NCBI GenBank assembly: GCA_965178125.1
Contig: OZ237754.1
Location: forward strand, 992,001-1,056,000
Length of the DNA stretch: 64,000 nucleotides
From: Bilabrum cf. latius
Lineage: Eukaryota
Direction: 5' to 3'
Made by a program: the position numbers and the translations under genes. Under the pieces are notes generated by a model. It did not search any database and had not been told where the DNA came from. It saw nothing but the letters and a program-made list of their open reading frames with translations. Positions within the stretch are counted from its first letter, which is position 1. Every line of letters starts with the position of its first letter. Positions 1 through 11,234 of this stretch are shown here, one piece after another.

Positions 1-709
1 GAGCCGTCTCCGTCAGAGATTTTAGTGGCAAGCCCCGGACTGTCGGACACCTCGTGCGGAGGGGCGACGACAGTCCTGGGGGGGGGCCGAGGCCACCGGT
101 CACTGGGACTACGCGGCGCAGAGGACCGTGAACGACAAGGTCATGAATAAGCTCGTGAAGAAGTTTGAGGATCGCGACGACGCCCGCGAGCGCGCGCTGA
201 AGAAGGCGCGGACCGAGGGCCCCAAAGCCGAGCCCCCGCACATGGTAGCCGAGCGGGAGGCAGGCAAGCCGCTCGACAAGTTTAGCCAGCAGGATTTGAT
301 CGATACTACACTTGCGCAGCGTTCCGCGGGCGGCAAGCTAGCTGTTGAGGGCATGTGGAAGATGCGTGTGGACTACGCGGAAGGGCTGGCCAGGAAAGCT
401 GCCAAGAGCTCACAACCTGCCGGTGGTCGCAAGCGCAAGCGGTCAGTCAAGACCGAGCTGGAGGGTGGCTCCATCATGATGCCCGAGTACTACGACGCGA
501 AAAACCTGAGAGGCTACGTGGACCAGGAGGTTAAGTAGCTAGCATCTGCCTCTTCTGCAGTGTTTAAGTCTATTTCAGGCATCACCTCTGCAGCAGATGG
601 CATCAAGGATGCAATGGCGCAGTTGCAGTCAGTTCCAGCAGGCACGGGACGCGGTCTACGGCGGAAAACCTCCGACGTGATGTCTCAACTCGCCAAAAAG
701 GTAGATTAA
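1..709 (+). CDS. 3' part of a hypothetical protein, truncated by the window edge; reads through TAG 536-538 and ends at TAA 707-709 (possibly TAA 839-841)
   Basis: ORF 128-538 continues in frame after TAG as LASASSAVFKSISGITSAADGIKDAMAQLQ...KKVD. No family recognised. Confidence 0.55.
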
Positions 710-1977
710 TTGGCTGTAAGTGCGGAGGAAGCTGAGAAGCTCCGAGCTATTGCGACAGAAGCACTACGCAAGGCGACAGCTGCAAAGCCAGAAACCCTGC
801 TGAATGCTGAAGGGGCTGTGCCAGCTGAGCTCTAGAGCTAAATTGTTGCAGTTGGCCAACGTGACTTTTTTTAAATACACGATTATACAATTGGGACTGC
901 CTAACGCGAAGAATACACCGAATCACCAGCAGTGGACCTGATACAAGATGTCCGTCGCTGAGGTGAACGGCAAGCTGTGCTCCTTGCTCCCGCAATATCT
1001 GATGGACCACCCATCAAACACGCATGCAAATCGTCAATTAAACATTGTTTTGATGATATTAAAACTATAGGAGAGTAAACTAAGGCTGCAACTAGGGTCC
1101 AAAAGCTGCATGAGCAACATCCCATACATAGAGGTCGCCTGTTCGCAGGCAGAAATCACCCTATATTCAGCGCCCTGTATCTCAGTACGTACTTATGGTA
1201 TGAAAAAATGGAAATGTGCTGAAAGTTCGTCAGAAGGTGCTTGATTACTTGGGAACAATGCCGAATACGCTACTTTGGACATTTCGATTCTGTTGCGTGT
1301 ACTAGATCGGACTAAAATATCCCAGACTTAGAGGTTGCAACCCTACCCTCCCCAACCCCTCCATTCGTCCCCCCCCCCCACCCCACCCCTGCTCCCCCCC
1401 CTAGCTGCTCTCTCTCTTTCACTCCTCCGCATCGCTACGTCGCATCTGAGCCTGCTCCTCGAGCGGGTCCTGCGCCCACCGAGCGACCTCAATCTCAGAG
1501 ACCTTGCTGGCCTCACCAACCATGATTGCACGCGTGCCTGCCAGCCGTGGTGTGTCTTGCAGGCTCGGAGTTGCAGTTCGTATTGCGGCATGCAAGTACT
1601 TGGGGTGGGGGCGGCCCATTGCTGGCGGAGGAGGAAGCCCACGCCATCCCTGTCGCCGTCTTTCTCAGCAATTGTACCCGGCAGGGATAGCATCCAGTGC
1701 CACAGATCCAGCGACTATCCAGGATGCCTGGTTACCAAACCTCCCACCAATAACTCGTGATCTATAGCCATTACTGACTAATTCGTCCTACTGTAGTTTA
1801 AATACTTACTGCACAGCTTCATCCGCGTGTGTCTGTATCCGTATTCTGGAATCCGGATCCGGATGCGGCGGCGCACCGAAGTAGCTACAGCTAAAGCACC
1901 GGATTCCATTTACACCAGTGCACGCATGGATCCTGATCCGGACATGACCCGGCTCCTCCCGCGTTGCCGCGCCCTAC

Positions 1978-4900
1978 TCACTGCCTCGCACCGCTGCTGC
2001 CAGATCTATCCGATCCCGACAGACCTGGCCTATCCCCCCACTTACCCCCAGCGGCGGCAACAGAGCCGTCTCCCTCACCGTCGCCGTCCAAACCGTCCGC
2101 CTCGTCATCGTCCCACCCCCCGCCATCCTCCTCCTCACTCCCTCCTTCCTCTCCCCACTCGGCCTGATACAGCGGCAGGCCCCCCAGCGGGCCCGCCGTC
2201 GGCAGCGTGAAGGGCCCTGCCCCGGGCGCCCCAGGCGCGGTGGACCCGTGCGGTGCCTCTGGGTGCCTCTCGTGCTCGCCCAGGCTGCGGAGGGCGAGGG
2301 CGCTGGCCACGCGCCTGGTGACCCTCCTGCCCGTGCGCCCCGCCCACGTGTACCAGTCCTGCTCGTCGTACGCCTTGCCGTGCCCGTCCCCGTGTGCTGC
2401 GGGCAACAGTGCGTCCAAGGGATGCGCCAGCTCCCCGTCCACCTGCTCTCTGTCGCTGCCGCTCTAACTAACTACCCCGGCGGATGCCTCGGGCGCGGAC
2501 CGGCCACCGCCCTCACCCTGTTCGTGGGCAGCTGGGCCAGGGGTGGCACGCGGGCCAGCGCGGGAACGATCTGCCTGCTCGACTTCGATGTCGGCGCTTA
2601 ATCTGTCGGGTTCACGGCGAGCGGTAGCTGTGGAACTACTTGCCCCCAAAGCCAACGACGAGGGAGCAGACCCAGCCCGTGCCCTGGACCCTGCGCCCAA
2701 GGAAGTGGGCCTTCCACTTGGGTTCGCCGTGTCCACCCGCCCCTGCCTCCCCGCATCCGCCCCACCACCTGCCCCTGCCAATGCCCCTCCAACTCGCTAG
2801 TCCTGTTTCCTCGCTGTATCCCTTCTCGCCCTCATTTGCCGCTCGGCCGCCGTGGCCTCATGCACCCCCACCGGCTCGCGACCCTCGAGGCCAGAGGGCG
2901 AGGACGAGGACGAGGACACCTATCGCCCCCCGAGTGCCCTTGCCGCCGCCTAGTGCCCGGCTCCCGCCGCCCGGTCCTGTGCTCGCCTCACGCGCAGCAT
3001 CTCCTTCCTGGCGAGCACACGAGCCACACGCAGGGAGGCGATGCGGGGGCCCGCGATGGACGGACCAACCAGCGGGAATGCGGGCGGGTTCGCTCTGGCT
3101 GAAGCTGCGTTGGCTGAAGCTGCGTTGGCTGAAGCTGCGTTGGCTGAAGCTGAAGCAGACCCGGGCTGGCGGCTTGCTTCGCTCCTGGCTTGCGTGCCAG
3201 CCGCCTCCCGCCCGGACCTCCTCCCCTGCAGACCGCACACGCCCAGGGACAGCTCCCTGTAGGCCTGGAGCAGAGCCGCGCACGAAGAACAAGACGCACT
3301 GCTCCCATCGCGCGCCGCACCCACCCGGGCCCCCTGCATGGAAGGCACCCACACACCCGAGGCACGCGCCACCGCCGGCCAGCGCGCCCCCGTGTCCCGG
3401 AGGACCCACCCAAACCTTGGCTTGCCCCTCGTCTGCCCCGCACCGGCCCATGGCCCAGCTCCCCTCGATCGGCTGCCGCTCCCGAGGACAAGTGCGGCCG
3501 GCAGCACTGCCCCGGCCAGCGCCGCCACGAGAGGGGGCAGCTGCGGGGCGGGCTCGAGGGCAGCGAGGAGGGCGGGGGGCTGCGGGGCCAGGTCAGGGGC
3601 CCTGCCCTCCTCCATGCCGAAGACGCGTGGGGTGCCACTGCCGCTGCCGTGCCGACGCCGCTGCTGCGACTGCTGCGACTGCTGCCCCGGGCGCTGGGAG
3701 CTGATGCGATCATACTCGGCTTCGGACTGGTGGGCCAGGGCGAGGTGCATTGCGCTGCGGCGCGCGGCCTCGCTCCCCTTTCTGGCTGCACTCAGCAGCG
3801 CGCGGCGGTGCTCTGCCGCGGCGGTTTGGGCCTGGTGCATCGCACTGCGGCTGGTCGCGTGGTCTGGGCGCCCTAGCCTGTCGCGTGCCCCAAACGACGA
3901 TGAGGCTGCCTGGCCGTACATGCTGCGCACTGGGGGCGCGGGCAGCACGGGTATGCCGCGTCGCCTCATGACGGGGCCGAGGTGCCGCCGACGATAATGG
4001 CCATGTTCCCCGCTGCTTGACTCCTCCTCGTCGTCTACCTCTTGCTCGCTGCGATCCCTGCGATACATACCCCGCTGCTCGCCAAGCACAGGCGACGGGG
4101 GCCGGTTGGCGAGCAGCAGTATCCCGCATAGGTCTTCCCCAGAGAGGGACACGGGCACTGTGGGGACGGTCGCTACCTCTGCCTCGTCACGGGCCCCTGT
4201 GTATGGCTCCGTGCGTCCTTGTTCTCCGATGGCCCCGGGCGCTTGCTCCTGCTGTTGTGACGTGATCTCGGCCTCGCCATGTGCCCCTGATCCACGGCTG
4301 GGTGCATCCGCACCGCCAGCGACTTTACGAAGCGAAGGCTGCTGCTGTTCCCGAGTAGGGACTGCCTTGCCATCAGCCACATTGCGGACATCATCAGACA
4401 CTGCTTTTGCATCGCTGCTTGACGTGTTCGCGGGAGCTACCCTCTGCTGCGGAGGTGCAGCGGCTGTCCCAGCCTGCACTGCCATCCCCTACTCGTCCTC
4501 ACGATCACGCTCCTGCTGCCCCTTGGCACCCCGGGCCTCGTCCTCCTTTGTCCGGTGCCCTTTTCTCGCAACCGCTTCGTTGGCTGTGCCGTGGGTGCTT
4601 CCACCGACTCCGACCAGGGACTGGGGCTGGGGCTGGGGTGCGCCAGCATCTACATCCCCGACCCCGGTGTTTGCCTTCGCCCCGGGCCCGGATCCCGCTG
4701 CACTGCTCGCCGCAGGACCGGGGCCTGCGCCAGACTCCCGCCTGCCGCCCCCCGGGCTGGTGGCTCGCACGGGTGCAGCGGCTGCTCCGTGGGGGGGCGG
4801 CTTATGATGTTCCCTAGCGTTGGACCCACGCCCGTGTTCTCCAGAGACCCCCTCCTGGAGTGCAGCAACCCCCCGCAGCACCCCTGCCAGCTCCAGCTCC

Positions 4901-7317
4901 GCCGCAGCCACGGCCTCGCACGCCTCCCTGGCGCCCCTCCGCATCCACGGGGCCAGCGCCAGCAGCAGTACCGGGGCTGGGAGGATCGCACCGGCTCGGG
5001 CCAGGGTCAGAGCGACGTCAACGGCATCGAGGGGGGGCTGGCCCTGCTTAAAGATGCTGGTGCTGCTTCCGTTGCGCTCCCCCTCTGCACCTGGCCTGGC
5101 TCGATGCGGCCCGGACCTCTTGGGCACGCGCTGTTCCTCCTCCTCCTACTCCTCCTACTATTCCTCGTCCTCGTCATCCTCATCGCTGGAAGACCACCAG
5201 GACCACAGCCACTGATAGTCCCGCACGCCGTCCACCGGTGCATCCGAGCCGCGCAGCAGGCCCAGCAGCTTGTCACCGGCACCTCTTGCATCCTCATCCT
5301 CCTCTTCTTCCTCCTCGACACTCTCCTCCTAATCTTCGCCATTGTCATCATCATCGTCACCCGCCCCCCTCCAAAACCAGTACCCTTTATTCTTTCTCTC
5401 CACCCCCCTGGAAGCACGGCTCTTGTCTCTTGCCTCGCCGCCCTCGTCCTGCGCCCCACTGCTGTCATCATCGTCATTGCCACTACCTTCACTGTCTTCG
5501 TCATCATTGCTGCTGCTCCAGAACCACCCAGAGCTTTTCTTGGGCTTTGAGTTTAGCTTGGGATTGGGCTCCTCCGAAGCCCCATGCGTGGGATCTCGAG
5601 CGCCTCTCGCGGCCCCCCTCCCTGCCGGTGGCCGCACAGCACCGTGAGGGGGGCCCTCGGCTTCGAGACGCCCGAGCAGCACCAGCGGGGACTCTGCCAA
5701 CGGGGGAAACAACTCGTTTACCGGGCCTTCCCCTCCCCGCTGCCCCCTTTGTCCACCTACGCTCTTCTTTGCCCCCGCCTTCCCACTGCCCCGCTCCTGG
5801 TCCTGGTCCTGTCCCTGGCCCTGTTCCTGGTCCTGGTCCTAGCCCTGTTCCTCCAGAGCCGCAGAGGGCACCGACGCGGCCCGCACAACACTCCCGCCGC
5901 TCCGCGATGCTTCCCCCCCTACTCCACCCTCTTTGCTCACATGCACCCCACCGTCAAGCTGGGGACCACCCCTCGGCTGCCACCCCCAGTGCAAGCCCCC
6001 GATCGCCACGCTGGGTGACAGCGCCAGCGCCAGGGCGGCTGCACAGCCACTGGGCGCTTCCCACTCGCCCGCCCCCATGCCCGGCGCACCATCCTAGTGC
6101 ACTGCACTGCCCAGTTCAGCCACCGCCCGCTCCATCTGCGCCCGCGCCATCACCACCGCGCTCACGTACCGCCCGACTGCCCTCGCCGCGCCCTCCGCCC
6201 GCACCACAGCTGCCGCCACGCTGGGATCCTCGAAGGCGAGCGGCAGCTGCAGGCGGCTGCGCAGAGCCCGAGCCCCGGCCCGGCCCCACGCTGCGGTCTT
6301 CCTCTTCTACTTCTTCTGCATCTCCTTGGGCCCTCCGCCTTGTCCTTGTCCCGCACCTGCTGCACCGCTGCCTCCCAGCCCCTCCAGCAGCTGCCCAAGA
6401 GAGAGTCCCGCCAGCTCAGAGGCGGGGCCACGGGATCTGGTCTCCTCCCCCCCTGTCGCTGCCTGGCCAGATGCGCCCTGTTGCGATGCATGTGCACCAT
6501 CCCCGACGTCTGCTCTCCCATCTGCTCCTGACCCCGCCCCAACCGCGTCCATCTACTTTTCCTACTCACTCGTAGCCGCCCGCATGCGGGCTGCCTCCTC
6601 CTTACCGAGCAGGTACTCCACGGAAACCGCCCCCCCTTTAGAGGCGCTGCCCTTGGCCTTATTGACCGTGTCCACGCACAGCTGCGCCAGCTCCCACGCG
6701 TCCTGGGTCATGCCCCGCTTGAGGAAGGACCGGCACACGGCCCGCAGCTTGTCCGTCTTGGTGGCTGCCGCCTCGCCCCCTAGGTCCTTGCCGATGTACC
6801 GCCGGGCAAGCTTGCGGGCGTTTTCCTCCTCCTTGAAGTGAAGGTAAAACTCTACCCACAGGGGGGTGTCATACCGGAACGACTCCCCGAACGCCCGCAC
6901 GATGTCGTACCTGAACCAGTACACGTAGATCTTGCCCGTCAGGCAGAGCTGCACCACCTGCCCCGTCGTGATCGTGCCCGTGTACACCCAGCGGAACGTC
7001 GTTGTGTCCATCTCCATGACGCAATCCGGGGAGCGCCCGTCAGGCAGCGGGCCAAAGTAGGCGCGCACGGGGTTCTCCTCGTCCGACGGCTCGATCTCCA
7101 GAGTGAGCAGCTGCCGCTCACCGCCCCCGTCGGGACATACGCGGAACTGCAGCGAGCCCTTGTAGGTTGGTTCCCCTTTGCGATACGCAAACTTTAGAAA
7201 CCTTGCGCTCTGCAACCACAGAAAGAACGGAACTAGTGGCATAAAAACTCGTGACAATACCTTGTCGTTCTAGCCTACCTCGAGTGATCGTCTAGTTGAG
7301 AGTGGGGTCAGCCACAT
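1978..7317 (-). CDS. Large (~1,780 aa) low-complexity protein with an N-terminal SCP2/sterol-carrier-like domain; about 15 in-frame TAG
   Basis: ORFs 6562-7257, 6307-6552, 5839-6078, 5329-5712, 4489-5127, 2950-4485, 2464-2781 and 1978-2442 share one frame, are separated only by TAG and end at TGA 1978-1980. PDCVMEMDTTTFRWVYTG...LTGKIYV resembles the SCP2 fold. Start is uncertain (ATG 7317 or 7242). Confidence 0.7.
3098..3151. repeat. 15-bp tandem repeat (GCTGAAGCTGCGTTG, about 3.5 copies) encoding ASANA repeats on the minus strand
   Basis: Directly visible in the sequence. Confidence 0.85.
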
Positions 7318-7971
7318 GGCCCCAAAAGAGAAGTGTGACTATAAAAATACTATTACTAAACATAGAGGCAGAAATTCCATTTCAAATCGTGCTCTAAAGG
7401 CTGATAATCTGACACGATTGTATGCTACCATCAGCGAACACCACCGGACATCCGTGCGGTACCGAAATTGGGCATGGTTGCGGCCAGCTACAGGTAGGCA
7501 CCCATACTATTTCGATTGCATCCTAGACGAGCTCATTCTATTCTAGTGGCGCACTTCAAACCAGTGGACCGGTGGCATGAGACCCAGCATGGTCACTCAC
7601 TTCTCTCGAGTCCTCTTCCCAGCCCTTTGAACGACCCAAATCGACCTTGTCCGGCAGGGACTCAGCCTTTTCTACCGGCATGCCAAAGGAACAATCTCGA
7701 AATCGAACGGTTGGCTTGATATTAGGAAGGGTTGACAGCTTGCGTGGCAGTTGCACAGTGACGAGTGACATGATGAGTAGATCAACCTGCAGATGGAATT
7801 TGAACAAGATTTTGGTAATTCATTCCCCCACTCAGAAGCGCTGATCGCAGTGGTTCTAGTCCGCACAACACCAAAATCAGCCGTCCGTGACACAGAGCCC
7901 ATGCAGCCCAGCACCACCAAGAAGGCCGGTCATCCACACTACCAGTGGTGGGTGGCACTGGCAGCCAGCCC

Positions 7972-9084
7972 TCACCGCCCCGAGGGCACCTGGATCGTGT
8001 CGGTCAGGGCCGACCGCAGCACATCATACAGCACGAACTGCGCAGAAGCGGCCGGAGCCAGCTTCAGCACGTTCACCCAGAACCCCCTGTAGAGGGACAG
8101 AGCCCCCTCCTCCTGCACCACGTGCCACAGCACGCGAGCCCAACGGGGACGCCACGAGAGCCGCCCCTTGGCCCCGGAACCCCCATCACTCCCCACACCG
8201 GATCCACTCGCCACATCAAGATCGATGGCCTTGGGCAGCACGGGTGACCTCTCTAGCTCGAGCCTCCTGCGCAGCGTGTCCAGGGGGTAGGTCAGCGAGG
8301 CACCGGCCACCGCGGCGCTCAGGCCAACGGCTAGCCTGGAGAGGGGGAACCACCACTGGCGCCGCGCGTGCTCGTTCTGCGGAACCATGGACCGGAAGGC
8401 GTCGTAGCTTGCGTACGAGACCCCCAGCAGCGGCGGGAGGCCCAGCAGCGAGGGAGTGAGGCCGCGGTAGAGGGCCGCAGGTCCGCCCGCCCGCAGGTTC
8501 TGCGCCCAGCAGTCGGCGATGCCGGCGATGGAGCGCCGCCCGCCCGTCAGAGTGACGTCGGCACTGATCTGCGTGCGGGCCAGTTCCAGCGGGTAGAGCA
8601 GCACCAGAGTCGAGGCGCCGGAGCACACGCCGGTGGCCAGCCGCCGGAAGAAACGCCCTGTGGACGGCTGGCGTCGCTTGCTGTCGCCAAACACGGGCCC
8701 CCAAAGGTTAAAAAAAACAAAGTTGAGGGAAGCCTACGGGATGACCCGCATGACGTTTGTACCGTTGCCGCGCCACAGGCCCAACGCGCCCTCCGTCCGC
8801 CAAATTGCCTTGAGCGCGTGTCTCGCCGTGGTCACAGACGCCTGAAACCCGCGCGGCTTGGAAGTCCCAGCCCCTTCCAGCGCCCTTGGCACCATCGGAG
8901 CGACTTGCAGCAGTATTTTGATTCGAGCCAGCGGGGCTACCAGGGTTTTAGAGGCTGCCACCGCGCCTCCGCCAGCCGCAAGCTGCAGAGAGAGACGCGA
9001 AAACCACTCGGTAGGGACGTCTACGGTTCGATGCGCGGTTCGACGCCGGCGCTTGGCAGAGTTAAGTGGTTGACGCTCGTTCAT
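7972..9084 (-). CDS. Mitochondrial carrier family (SLC25) protein, nucleotide/CoA-carrier-like; one in-frame TAG at 8734-8736
   Basis: Carrier motifs SKTLVAPLARIKILLQ, LWRGNGTNVMRVIP*ASLNF, YPLELART, YPLDTLRRRL and LYRGFWVNVLKLAP. The two ORFs are in the same frame, joined by TAG, and end in TGA. Confidence 0.9.
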
Positions 9085-9253
9085 GACTGCAATCGCATGG
9101 CCAATAGTCCACTTTTATGCCAACTTTGACTGTTGAACATTTTTCTACGATGTGACGAGTCTCATGTACCGTGCTGTTAGATAGATTAAACCAGAATCGC
9201 GCCACCGGTTCCCTGCTGGCGCTGCGATCGCCAGTTGCGGAGTAAGGAGAAGC

Positions 9254-10709
9254 ATGCCCAAGAAGCAGTTCGAGCCCGTGCAGTTCCTTAAGGATTTGGC
9301 CGCTGGTGGCGTGGCCGGTGGCATCTCCAAGACCGTGGTGGCCCCCATCGAGCGCGTGAAGCTTATCCTTCAGGTGAGACGCAAGATCATGTTTTCGGCT
9401 GGCCTTGCCTCTGTTCTGACCCCGCTAAACCAGTGTTTGCCAGCCATTATTGAAGGTATTATAATCCATTGCATGCTCCAGTATAGAATTCGGTATTGCT
9501 TAGGCTTGACTCTGAGAGATTGGCCCCAAGATGCATCTTGTCGTGCCAACGCACTGGCATCTCAGCACGATGGCTAGCACCAGCTGGGACCCCGTGTCAA
9601 TGCATCCGTTGTGTGTATTTTTGAGCTGTTTCAAATATTTGTGTGTTGCATATCAGAATTAGGGGCAAGCTGGGCCTGACTTGGACTCGTACATGTCATG
9701 ACCATACCACAGCGGAACACGTAGCCGTCGCTTCGAAGCGACGGATGTCGGTCGGGATACCGCTGACCACATAGACTTGCAAATTCATGTACTGTCTATG
9801 TGCCTCGATGCTCTGCTGCTGTCTACGAAAAGCTGAAACGTACGTTGAGCGCGTGCGGGGTTCCATCTGCTTCTTCCCTTCCATCTGCTTCAATGTCTGT
9901 TCTCGCAGGTCCAGGATGGTGCCAAGAACATCACCGAGGACAAGAAGTACAAGGGAATCGTGGATGCATTCCGCCGCATCCCCCAGGAGCAGGGCTTCGC
10001 CTCCTTCTGGCGCGGGAACATGGCCAACATCATCCGGTACTTCCCCACTCAGGCGCTCAACTTCGCCTTCAAGGACACCTACAAGGAGATCTTCCTGGCC
10101 GGTGTGGACAAGAAGAAGCAGTTCTGGCGGTTCTTCGCCGGTAACCTGGCATCTGGTGGCGCCGCCGGTGGCACCTCACTGCTGTTCGTGTACCCCCTCG
10201 ATTTCGCCCGTACCCGCCTCGCCGCCGACATGGGCAAGGGCGCCTCGGACCGCCAGTTCGCCGGCCTCGGCGACTGCATCAGCAAGATCTACAAGGCTGA
10301 CGGCATGGCCGGCCTGTACCAGGGCTTCGGCGTGTCGCTGGGCGGCATCATCGTGTACCGGGCCTCTTTCTTCGGCGGGTACGACACCGCCAAGGGCATG
10401 CTGCCCGACAACGTCAAGAACAACATCATCGTGCAGTGGGCCGTGGCCCAGACCGTGACCACCGCCGCTGGCATCATCTCGTACCCCTTCGACACCGTGC
10501 GTCGCCGCATGATGATGCAGTCGGGCGCGGGCAAGGAGCGCCTGTACACTGGCACTCTGGACTGCTGGCGCAAGATCGCCTCCCAGGAGGGCCCCGGTGC
10601 CTTCTTCAAGGGCGCCTTCTCCAACGTGCTGCGTGGCACTGGTGGCGCCATCGTGCTGGTCATGTACGACCAGATCAAGCTGCTCATGGCCGCTAACGAC
10701 GGCAAGTAA
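9254..10709 (+). CDS. ANT: ADP/ATP translocase (adenine nucleotide carrier); exons 9254-9373 and 9909-10709
   Basis: [36 protein letters not shown] and the RRRMMM signature. Intron GTGAGA...CGCAG at 9374-9908. Ends TAA; no internal TAG. Confidence 0.97.
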
Positions 10710-11234
10710 GTCTTCTTTTGAGAGCGAGGATGACCAGAGAGCAAGGGGAGGAGGATGGGGGTTGCGTGGAGGGAAAGGGTTTCAGCAGCGGGGGCACGGG
10801 TGGGGGATGCGTGGGTGTGGGAGACGACGGCGACGGAGCGACTACCCGTTGGCGGTAGGTCGCTCCGAGCCGCGGTGGTGGCGGGCGAGCGATGCATCCG
10901 ATCGATGGTTCGGGTGCCATGAGAGTGGGCGGGTGTGTGTCTGAGGGAGAGTGTACATTGCACAGCAATATCGTTTTGCCCCCGATCGATTTTCCCGCAT
11001 GTAAGGTCAGTGTGGCACAACCTTCTTGGTGCTGGTGGATTTGCCGATCCGATCCTCTCGAATCGTGTGACGAGCTGAGTCGACCCCGACTTTTTTTCTG
11101 ATTTCTTGTGCACCGGCCGACCGGACCGGGTACTGATCGGCACAGCCGATCACAACCATCGCGACTTTCCAGCGCGTTGCAACCCACGACACCTTATTGC
11201 GATATATATTTCTGTTTTGGAAACCGGCTGAGGT

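Noticed and set aside
1335-1767. Short ORFs between the first two genes
   Set aside because: No recognisable homology or consistent frame. It could be a small gene or fragment, but I cannot support a call.
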